DNA of 64,000 nt from Geobacteraceae bacterium (GCA_016720395.1 JADKKR010000008.1:404-64403), one strand, 5' to 3'; positions 18,213-28,043 are shown, counted from the stretch's first letter. Program-made: numbers and translations. The notes: generated by a model not told the origin, from the letters alone.

Positions 18213-18252
18213 GGCCGGAGCAGCTCCCGAAAGGACGCGTTCCGGCCTTTTT
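18213..18252 (+). terminator. rho-independent terminator after cysK
   Basis: GGCCGGA...TCCGGCC stem followed by TTTTTG. Confidence 0.7.
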
Positions 18253-18633
18253 GTGTTCGGAAGATATGAGCAGAGGTAGCTGACAAGGCAAAACAGTGTT
18301 GAGTATGGTCAATTCACGGAAGTTATCTATCATCAAAATTATATAACATAGTATTAAATGTTTTTACTGTGCTGTTTTTTCAGTTAAATAAGAATGTTGG
18401 GTGCGGTAAAGGGCCAGAACTGATCGTATAGGCATCTTCGTTGCATATGATAATGTATATACATCAATATTGTGATACCAAAATAGTAGGGAATGTTAAT
18501 GCTTGCTCAGATTTATTAGACAATTACCGTCATGGACAAGGAGGTGGATTTTGGAAATTGCTGGTTTGTTTATACGCGTAATGACGGATGTGGTTTCACC
18601 GGGTAGATCAATTACAACACGAGGGAGACTCCT

Positions 18634-20424
18634 ATGAAGAAAACAGTATTGAAGCTGGCACTCGCGGCACTGGTTGCAGGGACGGTCCTGCCTTTGTCGG
18701 CTCAGGCGGCAGATGATGCGCTCATGAAAAAAATTGAGCAGCTATCGCAGGAGCTTGAGCAGTTAAAGACACAAGTGAAAGCGAATGAGGCAAAGGCCGC
18801 TAAAGCAGCCGAAGATAAGAAAGGCCCGGTTCAGAAGTCCGATACGAAAGAAATTGAGGAGTTGAAAAACAAGATCGCCAAGGTCGAAGAAAAATCATTA
18901 AGCAAATGGTTGACAATTGGTGGTGATTACCGATTCCGCGTAGATTCTCTGCATGGGCAGACTAAGGCATATACAGATCCCAATGTGATGTTCACAAATG
19001 TTGGGCAACAACTGCAGATGGCTGCTTTTGTAAACCCAACAGCACCCAGTGCCTTTATGCCCGGTTTTACAGCTGGGCAGGCGCTGACCGGATTTATGCA
19101 GTTCGGTAATCAAATGAAAGCGACTAATACCTATGCCGGAGCGCTTGCATTTCTAAATCCAGCAAATCCCTTCGTAGCAGGGTTACCAATGCTTGCACCT
19201 GCCGGTGCTGTTGCATCCTTCAAACCCAAGAATGAAACCCTCTACACCAACAAGTTCGGTCTCGACCTTACCGCCAAGGCAACCCAGAACATTACCGTAC
19301 ATGCCAAGCTGGACATGTACAAAACGTTCGGTTCCCAGAATGATTCCCAGGTTACCGGCAACTACTTCGCCGATCGTGTCGGGGTATTTGACGGCACACT
19401 CGGGCATGTACCGTCTGACGGGCTCCTGAATGTTGACCGGGCCTTTGCCACCTGGAGCAATATCCTCGACCAGCCGATGTGGTTCTCCGTTGGCCGTCGT
19501 CCCTCAACCAATGGTGCACCGAGCAATCTGCGTCTGAACAACGAGCGTCCCGGCAATGGCGGAACTCCTTCTTTACTTGTTGATTACGCATTCGATGGCA
19601 TGACCATTGGATACGCCCCCGATATCGAAATGCTGCCGGGAGCATATGCCAAAGTATGTTACGGCAGAGGATTTGACAGCGGAATTAAAACTTCGACTAA
19701 CAGCATCAAGGACACGGATATGCTCGGAGTGGCCGTGATTCCGGTTGACACAGATCCATTGCGGGTCTGGATGCAGTGGAATCGTGGATTCGATATCTTC
19801 GATTTTCCGGTTATGAACAATACGGTCTTCGGCGACACCGCTCCCGCTGTCAATCTTGGTGACATCGACTGGTATGGAGTCGGCGCCATGAGTACCCTCA
19901 AGAAAGTCGGCCCGGGAAACCTGAATGTGTTCACTGACTTTGGTCTGAGCGTAACGCATCCCAACAGCAATGTGTCGGGACAGGCTGGATTCCAGGGCTT
20001 AATGACCGGGGCATTCTTTGCGCCTGAAGCCCCGACCAGCAAGACCGGCTGGGCAATATTTGCAGGCGTGCGCTATGATCTGCCCTCGAAGACCAAGATC
20101 GGTTTCGAGTTCAATCACGGATCTAAGGACTGGATCACCTTCGCTCCTGCAGCAGACGATATGTGGACCAGCAAAGTCGGAACCCGCGGCAATGTGTATG
20201 AACCCTATATCATCCAGGAACTGGATCTTAAACCAATCTCATCCTACTTGAGCAAAGCATTCTTCAGGCTCGGATACCAGTATTACGATTTTGAATACAC
20301 CGGCAGCAACAACTGGGTCGGCGCACCACAGAAGATTTCCGATATAAAGTCTTCCGATATGATGCTCATGGCACCGGTAAGCAAGGCGCATGACGTTTAT
20401 GCCACCTTTGAGGTTAAGTTCTAG
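18634..20424 (+). CDS. outer-membrane porin-like protein with N-terminal coiled coil (DUF3373-like)
   Basis: Signal peptide ...PLSAQA, heptad-rich segment IEQLSQELEQLKTQVK...IEELKNKIAKVEEK, beta-strand-rich body, C-terminal YATFEVKF (terminal Phe). RBS GAGGGAG. Confidence 0.75.
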   Translation: MKKTVLKLALAALVAGTVLPLSAQAADDALMKKIEQLSQELEQLKTQVKANEAKAAKAAEDKKGPVQKSDTKEIEELKNKIAKVEEKSLSKWLTIGGDYRFRVDSLHGQTKAYTDPNVMFTNVGQQLQMAAFVNPTAPSAFMPGFTAGQALTGFMQFGNQMKATNTYAGALAFLNPANPFVAGLPMLAPAGAVASFKPKNETLYTNKFGLDLTAKATQNITVHAKLDMYKTFGSQNDSQVTGNYFADRVGVFDGTLGHVPSDGLLNVDRAFATWSNILDQPMWFSVGRRPSTNGAPSNLRLNNERPGNGGTPSLLVDYAFDGMTIGYAPDIEMLPGAYAKVCYGRGFDSGIKTSTNSIKDTDMLGVAVIPVDTDPLRVWMQWNRGFDIFDFPVMNNTVFGDTAPAVNLGDIDWYGVGAMSTLKKVGPGNLNVFTDFGLSVTHPNSNVSGQAGFQGLMTGAFFAPEAPTSKTGWAIFAGVRYDLPSKTKIGFEFNHGSKDWITFAPAADDMWTSKVGTRGNVYEPYIIQELDLKPISSYLSKAFFRLGYQYYDFEYTGSNNWVGAPQKISDIKSSDMMLMAPVSKAHDVYATFEVKF

Positions 20425-20435
20425 TCTGATTGCTA

Positions 20436-20474
20436 TCCGGGCAGGAGTGTCCTGCCCGGATCATGCTTGTTTTT
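20436..20474 (+). terminator. hairpin (attenuator or weak terminator) after the porin gene
   Basis: Perfect 10-bp stem TCCGGGCAGG-agtgt-CCTGCCCGGA. The T-run begins 9 nt later. Confidence 0.5.
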
Positions 20475-20555
20475 AGCCGCTTGCACATTTACAAAACTCT
20501 GGCAGAATTGTCTGGCAGAACTAACGAGATCAACACAGCAGGTAAGGAGTTCAAC

Positions 20556-20879
20556 ATGAAAAGAATAGTTTCAATCGTTATGCTGGTAGCCTTGATGGTT
20601 TTTTCGACACTTGCCTTCGTGCAAAACGCCAGTGCAGAAGAAGCTAAGATGGTCGGAACCATATCCAAAATCGAGATGTCTGCCGACAAAAAGTCTGCTA
20701 CTGCAATCCTTAAAGACACAAAATCCGGTGAAGAGGTAACAATCATAATCACTGACGAACAGACGCTCGACAAATTCATGGACAAGCGAATTGTCGAAGG
20801 TGATGAAATCCGCTGCAAATACGAAAAAGTAGATGGAAAGAACAATAGCAAGATATTTAAGAAAACGGCCGGCTGTTAA
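20556..20879 (+). CDS. small secreted protein ending in ...KKTAGC (C-terminal Cys)
   Basis: RBS AAGGAG 7 nt upstream of ATG 20556. Signal peptide MKRIVSIVMLVALMVFSTLAFVQNASA. 107 aa. The upstream part of track ORF 20430 is unsupported. Confidence 0.7.
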   Translation: MKRIVSIVMLVALMVFSTLAFVQNASAEEAKMVGTISKIEMSADKKSATAILKDTKSGEEVTIIITDEQTLDKFMDKRIVEGDEIRCKYEKVDGKNNSKIFKKTAGC

Positions 20880-20902
20880 TATAAAAAGGGAGGGATTACC
20901 GT

Positions 20903-22312
20903 ATGCGTTCTGAAACTCAATTATCTGCTGTACTTGCACTTGTGGCTGGCCTTTCATTCTCGGCTGCCATTGCCACTGCTGCAGAGCCCGCTGCACCAGC
21001 GGCAAAACCGTCCATCGCCAAAATCTGTACCAACTGCCACAAGGCCGAACCTAATGCAGTACGAGGCTATTTTGACAATGTCGCATTCAAGGCCAAGACC
21101 ATTCAAATCAAGATCGACGACGCCATCGAACTGATCAAGTTTGACGAGGACGAGATCAAGGTTGTAAACGGCGCGGGCAAGACTGGTGATGGTGAGTTTC
21201 TTAAAGATAACAAGGTGAAAAAAGGTCACGAGGTCAAAGTCGAGTATATCGAGAAAGCCGGTGTTAAAACGGCTGTCAGGCTGATTGAAAAGCCGCCGGT
21301 CAAGATCCCGGCTGAAATGATGATAAGCACCGCAGAAGTGGAGAAACTGGTCGCGCAGGGGCCGGAAAAAGGGAAGTACTTCCTGTTCGACTCACGCCCA
21401 TTGCCGCGCTTCCAGCAAGGAGCCATCCCGACAGCTCTAAACCTCCCGTTCCCGGCCTTTGATAAACTGGCTGACAAACTGCTTCCCAAGCAGAAAGATG
21501 CCTTGATAATTTTCTATTGTCAGGGGCCTTCGTGTAACATGAGCCCCGGTTCTGCTGATAAAGCTAAAAAACTAGGCTATACCAATATTAAGGTATACAA
21601 GGACGGCATTCCGGCATGGCAACTGAGAAACTACGCTGTTGTATCCGCCGCATTCCTCAAAGAAGCCTGGATTGACAAAGACATCCCGCATGTTTTATTG
21701 GATGCCCGCGCTGCAAAAGTTGCAGCAAAAGGCTACATAAAAGGCGCAGTAACATCTTCTGTCAAAGCTGGTGCTAAGTTTGTTAAGGCACTTGATGTCA
21801 AGAAAAGTGCTCCGATCGTTGTTTATGACCAGCAGGGCGGTAAGGATGCCGCATCCGTTGCCGCCAGACTTATTAAGGCCGGCTTCAATAATGTGCAGGT
21901 CTTGACAGGTGGTTATGATGGCTGGCTGTCAGCTAAATATGAAGTTGTAACCGGTGAGCTTGCCAAGAAAGCGGTCTATGTGCCCAAACCGCGTCCGGGC
22001 GAAATTAATCTGGAAGAGTTCAAGAAGTATGTTGCCGAACTGCCGGCAAACGTCATGATCATTGATGTCCGTAACACCGATGAAGGCAACTCCGGCATGC
22101 TCAAGGTCGCCAAACTGATTCCGGCCGAAGAGATCAAGGATCGCGCAGCAGAAATCCCTAAAGACAAGTTGCTTGTTACTCTCTGCTCAACCGGTGTTCG
22201 GGCGGAGATGGCGTATCATACGCTGAAAGAGCTTGGTTACACCAATGTCAAGTTTGTCAACGCCAAGATGGAATTTGAAAAGAGCGGCTCGTATAAGATT
22301 ACAAAGGATTGA
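20903..22312 (+). CDS. periplasmic monoheme c-type cytochrome fused to three rhodanese domains
   Basis: Signal peptide, one CTNCH motif. Rhodanese loops FYCQGPSCN (domain 1), VYDQQGG (domain 2, no Cys) and TLCSTGVRA (domain 3). Confidence 0.85.
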   Translation: MRSETQLSAVLALVAGLSFSAAIATAAEPAAPAAKPSIAKICTNCHKAEPNAVRGYFDNVAFKAKTIQIKIDDAIELIKFDEDEIKVVNGAGKTGDGEFLKDNKVKKGHEVKVEYIEKAGVKTAVRLIEKPPVKIPAEMMISTAEVEKLVAQGPEKGKYFLFDSRPLPRFQQGAIPTALNLPFPAFDKLADKLLPKQKDALIIFYCQGPSCNMSPGSADKAKKLGYTNIKVYKDGIPAWQLRNYAVVSAAFLKEAWIDKDIPHVLLDARAAKVAAKGYIKGAVTSSVKAGAKFVKALDVKKSAPIVVYDQQGGKDAASVAARLIKAGFNNVQVLTGGYDGWLSAKYEVVTGELAKKAVYVPKPRPGEINLEEFKKYVAELPANVMIIDVRNTDEGNSGMLKVAKLIPAEEIKDRAAEIPKDKLLVTLCSTGVRAEMAYHTLKELGYTNVKFVNAKMEFEKSGSYKITKD

Positions 22313-22320
22313 GAACTCAG

Positions 22321-22364
22321 CGCGTGCGATTTCAGCCTTAACCTGAAATCGCACGCGTGTTTTA
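22321..22364 (+). terminator. rho-independent terminator
   Basis: 15-bp stem CGCGTGCGATTTCAG-ccttaac-CTGAAATCGCACGCG followed by TGTTTT. Confidence 0.8.
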
Positions 22365-22492
22365 CTGCAGCAGTCAGTCTCTTTTTATTTGTCAACACAT
22401 ATACATAAATACATATAAACAGAACAAACGTTGTGTTTGCTGTTGTATGATCTAGCCCGTTGGGTCTGCCTGAACTTGAAAGGAACTGAAAG

Positions 22493-23860
22493 ATGTCTGG
22501 AAAAATTGTAGCAATACTGGTGGGATGTTCTTTGCTTGCAGCAACTGTTCAGGCTAAGGATCATCCAGGAAAAGAATATGTTCTAAAAAATGGCTACCAG
22601 GGTCCAAAAACCTGTGAAACATGCCATCCGGGCAAAGCCAGGGAGTTTCTTGGAACCGTACATTGGAAACACGCCTCAAAAGTGGATCATGTAGACAATA
22701 TTAACCCGAATGAAGAGCATGGGATGAAAGATCGTATCTACACCATGTGTAACGGTAACGATATCGTCAATAACCTTAAGGAAGTGCCACCGAATGCTCT
22801 TGGCAAGACCAAATTTACCGGATGCAATACCTGCCATCCGGGGGATCATACAAGTGATGTCGGCAGTACCGGCCCCCAGGCGGAACAGGCCATAGACTGC
22901 CTGATCTGCCATTCCAGCAAGTATGACTTCAGCAAAAGAAAAGCGGTCAAGGATAAGGACGGCAAGGTTGTGATGACCCAGGACCGCAGTACCGAGGCAG
23001 CGGCCAACATCGGCCGGCCAACCATCAAGAACTGCATGATCTGCCACGAGGCTGCCGGCGGCGGTGCCATGATCAAGCGGGGATTTTCAATGGCAAAAGA
23101 CGCTGAGGTCCACGTTACCAAAGGCATCATCTGCATTGACTGTCATCAGGTGAAAAACCACAAGTTTCCCACCGGCCGTGATCCAAACAACTGGGCCCAT
23201 GACGGCATCTACATGACCTGTGTCGGTGAATGTCATAGTGCCAAGCCGCACAGTGATGCCGACTATAACAGGCATACTGCAACGATTGCCTGCCAGACAT
23301 GCCACATCCCCAAAACCGGGGGAGCCTTTTCCAAAGACTTCACCAAATGGGAAAAACAATCCAACGGGTTTTACGAGCCTTCTACCTTGAAGCGCGAGGT
23401 GAATGAAACCGCACCGGTATACGCCTGGTACAATCTGACCGTCAGCAATACCCCGCACTTTATCGGCCCCAAGGGTAGTAGAACTGATGGAAAGAGCAAA
23501 ATCTACCCATTCAAGATTTTCCAGGGCAAGGCATATTTCAACAAGAAAGACGGACAACTGCTCTCAATGGATTTTGCGCCGCCGATTGCAAACGGCGACA
23601 CCCTTGCCGGTGTGGCTTCTGCTGCCAGGATACTTGGAATCAAGGACTATGAACCGGTTCCGGGGTGGCAGACGATCTACTTTGGCAGCAACCATCAGGT
23701 TACACCAAAAAACAAGGCTTTGAACTGTGCCAACTGCCATGCGCTCAACGGCGTGCTTAATTTTAAAGAACTGGGATACAGTTCCAAGGAAGTGGAGCGG
23801 CTTACCAATCCTGAACTCTATTTTGAAAAACTGCTCAAGCTGCAGCAGGAGAACGAATAA
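22493..23860 (+). CDS. periplasmic octaheme-class c-type cytochrome
   Basis: Signal peptide. Seven CXXCH motifs (CETCH, CNTCH, CLICH, CMICH, CIDCH, CQTCH, CANCH) plus one CX3CH (CVGECH). Confidence 0.85.
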   Translation: MSGKIVAILVGCSLLAATVQAKDHPGKEYVLKNGYQGPKTCETCHPGKAREFLGTVHWKHASKVDHVDNINPNEEHGMKDRIYTMCNGNDIVNNLKEVPPNALGKTKFTGCNTCHPGDHTSDVGSTGPQAEQAIDCLICHSSKYDFSKRKAVKDKDGKVVMTQDRSTEAAANIGRPTIKNCMICHEAAGGGAMIKRGFSMAKDAEVHVTKGIICIDCHQVKNHKFPTGRDPNNWAHDGIYMTCVGECHSAKPHSDADYNRHTATIACQTCHIPKTGGAFSKDFTKWEKQSNGFYEPSTLKREVNETAPVYAWYNLTVSNTPHFIGPKGSRTDGKSKIYPFKIFQGKAYFNKKDGQLLSMDFAPPIANGDTLAGVASAARILGIKDYEPVPGWQTIYFGSNHQVTPKNKALNCANCHALNGVLNFKELGYSSKEVERLTNPELYFEKLLKLQQENE

Positions 23861-23903
23861 CATACGTATCTCCTTAAACCACGTCTCCCATAGGAGGTAA
23901 GCC

Positions 23904-26102
23904 GTGTCACCCAAATTTTCTCGAAGGACATTTTTCAAGGTGTCAGGCGCAGCTACTGCCGGCTTGACCGTAGCGGCATCGGTACCGAAAAAGTTCCTAT
24001 CCTGGGCCGAAGAGGCCGGGCAGAAAGATATGAAACAGATTCCCACCTTCTGCGAACTCTGTTTCTGGAACTGCGGCCTTGTCGCCAAGGTGGAAAATGG
24101 CAAGGTCATCAAGGTCGATGGAAATCCACTCAGCCTGCGTGGCCGCGGCCGTCTCTGCGGCCGTGGCAATGCCGCACTGGGAGCGTTGTACGACCCGGAC
24201 CGGCTCAAGTACCCGATGATCAATACCGGCAAGCGCGGCGAGCCGGTCTGGAAACGGGCCACCTGGGACGAGGCGCTTGGTCTGATCGCCGAAAAAATGA
24301 ACGCTATCAAGCAAAAACATGGTGCCGAGTCCATGGCGCTCTTCTCACACGGAACCGGTGGGGCTTTCTGGAAACATCTGCTCAAGTCATATGGCTGTAG
24401 CAACTACACCGCCCCTTCGTTTGCACAGTGCCGCGGTCCGCGTGATATGGGTTTTTACCTGACCTACGGGTCAGACGTCGGATCGCCTGAATACTACGAT
24501 TTCAGCAAAAGCAAGTACATCGTCCTGCTTGGCTCGCATCTCGGTGAAAATGCCCATAACAGCCAGGTGCAGGACATCATGAACGGGTTGGCCGATGGCG
24601 CGCGTTTGACCGTGGTGGATCCGCGCCTCTCCAATATCGCCTCCAAGGCCGATCGCTGGCTGGCTATCAAACCTGCCAGCGACTTGGCGCTGCTTCTGGC
24701 CTGGATCAGGATCATTATTGAAGAGGGGTTGTACGACAAGGAATATATCGAAAAATACGCATCCGGATTCGATGAGCTGCGGGCTGCTGTTCAGCAGTAT
24801 ACTCCTGAGTGGGCCGAGGCCGAGACAACCATTCCGAGTGATACCATTGTCAAGGTGGCCCGCGAGATGGGCAGGAATGCACCTCATGTCTGTGTCGGTG
24901 CCGGCCGCTATGCTGTCTGGTATGGAGACGATACGCAACGCAGTCGTGCGATTGCGATACTCAACGCCCTGCTTGGTTCCTGGGGCCGTGAGGGGGGCTA
25001 TTTCTTTCCTGCCAAGGGTGGTGTGCCCGAATATCCAGGACTGCCGGAGTATCCACCCCACGCGGATGTGCCCAAGCTGGATGAAGCTTATCCGTTCGCT
25101 GCACTGCAGACAACGACTTCCATCAAGCATGCCTCAATCACCGGCAAGCCGCACCCGATCAAAGGGTGGTTCATCTACGGCTGCAACCTGATGAAGACCA
25201 TGCCGGACAAGCAGGAGACCATCAAGGCCCTGCAGAATCTTGAGCTCGTAGTCGCCATCGACGTTCTGCCGGCCGATATCATCGCCTGGGCCGATGTTGT
25301 CCTCCCGGAGTGCACCTATATGGAGCGCTACGATAATATCAACGTCGGCAAATTCAAGGATCTGGAGATCTCCCTGCGCCAGCCGACCATCGAGCCGCTC
25401 TGGGAGACCAAGCCATCCTGGTGGATGACCAAGGAACTTGGCGGCAAGCTTGGCCTGTCTGCCTACTTCCCCTGGAAGGACGGCGAGGAATATCTGGCCA
25501 AACGTTGTGAGGCGGGCGGCATCGATTTTGCCGAACTGAAGAAAAAAGGCGTCATAGTCAAGACAGACAAGTCGGCTCCCTACATAACCGATGAGAGTCA
25601 ACCGGAATTCGGGACCCCTTCCGGCAAGATCGAGCTGTATTCCAAGCAGCTGGAGGAGAAGGGTTTTGATCCCGTGCCGAAGTACACCAGGCATCCCCAG
25701 CCGCCGGCCGGCCACTTCCGGCTGCTGTTCGGGCGGTCGCCACTGCACACCTTCTCCCGGACAACCAACAATTTCATGTTGACCGACCTGCAGAAAGAAA
25801 ATGCACTCTGGATCAATACGAAAAAAGGGAAAGAACTGGGGTTAAAGGACGGCGAATATGTCTCGCTCGTCAATCAGGACGGGGTCAAGGCGCCCGGCCG
25901 GATCAAGGTCAAGCTGACCCAGCGTATGCGTGATGATGCCGTGTACATGTACCATGGCTTCGGTGTTCATGCCAAGGGTATGACCCGGGCCAACAATCAG
26001 GGGATAGCGGATGATGACCTGATTTCAAAATATGTCATTGACCCGATCATGGGCGGCACTGCCATGCGCGGGAATTTTGTCAAGATCGTGAAGGGGGCCT
26101 GA
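23904..26102 (+). CDS. Tat-exported molybdopterin oxidoreductase catalytic subunit, polysulfide/thiosulfate/tetrathionate reductase-like (PsrA/PhsA class)
   Basis: GTG start with RBS TAGGAGGTAA. Twin-arginine motif SRRTFFK. N-terminal FeS motif CELCFWNCG. 732 aa MopB pattern. Confidence 0.88.
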   Translation: MSPKFSRRTFFKVSGAATAGLTVAASVPKKFLSWAEEAGQKDMKQIPTFCELCFWNCGLVAKVENGKVIKVDGNPLSLRGRGRLCGRGNAALGALYDPDRLKYPMINTGKRGEPVWKRATWDEALGLIAEKMNAIKQKHGAESMALFSHGTGGAFWKHLLKSYGCSNYTAPSFAQCRGPRDMGFYLTYGSDVGSPEYYDFSKSKYIVLLGSHLGENAHNSQVQDIMNGLADGARLTVVDPRLSNIASKADRWLAIKPASDLALLLAWIRIIIEEGLYDKEYIEKYASGFDELRAAVQQYTPEWAEAETTIPSDTIVKVAREMGRNAPHVCVGAGRYAVWYGDDTQRSRAIAILNALLGSWGREGGYFFPAKGGVPEYPGLPEYPPHADVPKLDEAYPFAALQTTTSIKHASITGKPHPIKGWFIYGCNLMKTMPDKQETIKALQNLELVVAIDVLPADIIAWADVVLPECTYMERYDNINVGKFKDLEISLRQPTIEPLWETKPSWWMTKELGGKLGLSAYFPWKDGEEYLAKRCEAGGIDFAELKKKGVIVKTDKSAPYITDESQPEFGTPSGKIELYSKQLEEKGFDPVPKYTRHPQPPAGHFRLLFGRSPLHTFSRTTNNFMLTDLQKENALWINTKKGKELGLKDGEYVSLVNQDGVKAPGRIKVKLTQRMRDDAVYMYHGFGVHAKGMTRANNQGIADDDLISKYVIDPIMGGTAMRGNFVKIVKGA

Positions 26103-26103
26103 T

Positions 26104-27261
26104 ATGCGGCTATTCGGAGTTCTCATTCCTGAAAAGGAACAGCTTGTTGCCACAGCATCTGATGTCGTTAAAGGGAAAGCCGGCCTGACACTGTACGTAT
26201 CCCTGTTCGGTCTGGCGATCGGATTCTATGCCATCGCCGCCATCTTCATCAAGGGACATGCCCACACCATCAACACCTCCAACCTGGTGCCCTGGGGGAT
26301 GCAGATATCGACCTATATTTATTTTGCACTTCTCAGCACCGGCTGCACCTTTGTGAATTTTTTCGGCCACGTTTTCTTTGAAAAGCAGTACCGGCCATTT
26401 GCCTCGCGGATCATATTTGTCGGCATCATCACGGCGGTGGCAGCCTTCTTCTCCCTGGCAACCGAGATGGGGCATATCGAGCGGATGTACTACTTCCTGC
26501 TGTCACCAAACCCGAAGTCTCCCATGTTCTGGATGGCTATCTGGTACACCTGCTATGTGATCGCAATCACGTGGGAATACATAAATATCCAGAACAACAG
26601 GCATTCCAACAGGGTCATGTGGGGGGCTTTCTTTATCGCGATCTTTACCCATAGCACGCTGGGAAGCCTGCTTGGGTCGGTCAGTTCACGAGTCTACTAC
26701 TATAGCGCACTGATGCCGATCTACTTTCTGTTTATCGCCTTTCTGACCGGTTGCTCACTGACAACGATTATTGCCGCCCTTACGGTCAAACAGAAAAATC
26801 TGGACGAGAACTACCATCTGCATCCGTTTGTGACCTTGCTCAAGGTCGGTTTGGGACTGGCGCTGCTGATCACCTTCTGGCGAACCATGATCGGCCTGTC
26901 GGCGCACCTGGAGGGGTCCGAGGTGTTCTCTCTGACGCTGATCAACAGCGTGCTGTTCGGGATCGTGGTCGTCATCATGATCCCCTACTTCCTGCTCAAG
27001 ATGGGCAAGAGTGCCAACTGGCTGATCTTTGTAGGTCTGTTTATCATGGGAACCCAACTCAAGGCCCGTAACGACCTGGTTGTCGGCGCTTTCAAGATTC
27101 CGCTCTTCAGAGTTTATGACATGCCTGAGGTTGTGCACTACACGCCATCAATCTATGAGAATCTTGTTGTTGTGGCGTCCGCTTCGCTCGTGATGGTGCT
27201 GTATATTATTTTCGAACGATCAGGCGTTTTTGAGGCGCGGAACATCAAGGAGGACCACTGA
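26104..27261 (+). CDS. NrfD/PsrC-type integral membrane quinol-interacting subunit
   Basis: 385 aa, highly hydrophobic multi-span protein. Starts 1 nt after the MopB stop. Confidence 0.85.
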   Translation: MRLFGVLIPEKEQLVATASDVVKGKAGLTLYVSLFGLAIGFYAIAAIFIKGHAHTINTSNLVPWGMQISTYIYFALLSTGCTFVNFFGHVFFEKQYRPFASRIIFVGIITAVAAFFSLATEMGHIERMYYFLLSPNPKSPMFWMAIWYTCYVIAITWEYINIQNNRHSNRVMWGAFFIAIFTHSTLGSLLGSVSSRVYYYSALMPIYFLFIAFLTGCSLTTIIAALTVKQKNLDENYHLHPFVTLLKVGLGLALLITFWRTMIGLSAHLEGSEVFSLTLINSVLFGIVVVIMIPYFLLKMGKSANWLIFVGLFIMGTQLKARNDLVVGAFKIPLFRVYDMPEVVHYTPSIYENLVVVASASLVMVLYIIFERSGVFEARNIKEDH

Positions 27262-27263
27262 CT

Positions 27264-27981
27264 ATGGAACAGTTCGACGGTAAAGATATTCTGGAGATCA
27301 TGCACGCTGATCTGCAGCGGGCCTTGAAAAAACCGCGTAAAGAGCGTCGCTGGGCCATGGCGATCGATCTGAAGAAGTGTATCGGCTGCCATGCCTGCAC
27401 CACCGGCTGCATGTCCGAAAACCTGACCCCGCCCGAGATCCACTATCGTCCTGTCAAGGAAGAGGAGATCGGTGAGTTCCCCAATACCGGCATTCGATTT
27501 CTGCCGCGTCCCTGCTTTCAGTGCGATTCGCCGACCTGCACCCCGGTCTGCCCGGTGACCGCCACCTATAAACGGGACGATGGCCTGGTTGTCATCGATT
27601 ACAAAAGGTGCATCGGCTGCCGCTACTGCATTGTCGCCTGTCCCTACGGGGCCCGTTCAGCAGATTCGGGGCATTACTATACCGGAGATTTTCATGACAA
27701 GACCTACGAGGTGGAGAACTCAGGCGAGTACGGCGAAACGTTCAAGCGCAAGAGTCACTGGCACTCTCCGATCGGTAATGCCCGCAAATGCCATTTTTGC
27801 ATCCATCGCGTGGAAAAGGGGGAACTGACCCGCTGTACGACCACCTGCCTGGGCAGTGCCACCTACTTCGGTGACATCAATGATCCCGCATGCGCTGATA
27901 ACAAAGCTGATATCAAAGCCGAACGTTTTTCGATACAAGGAAGAGATGGGAACAAAGCCGATGGTGTACTACATACCCTAG
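27264..27981 (+). pseudogene. 4x[4Fe-4S] ferredoxin subunit (PsrB-like) with a +1 indel near 27885-27887
   Basis: Four Cys clusters (CIGCHACTTGC, CFQCDSPTCTPVCP, CIGCRYCIVACP, CHFC...CTTTC). After GDINDP the family C-terminus ...LITKLISKPNVFRYKEEMGTKPMVYYIP* continues in the next frame, ending at TAG 27979-27981. Confidence 0.8.
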
Positions 27982-28043
27982 CACTGATGGCCCGACGGAG
28001 TCGGCAGGCATCGTTGCAGAAAAATTGCTGTGGAGGAGGGATT

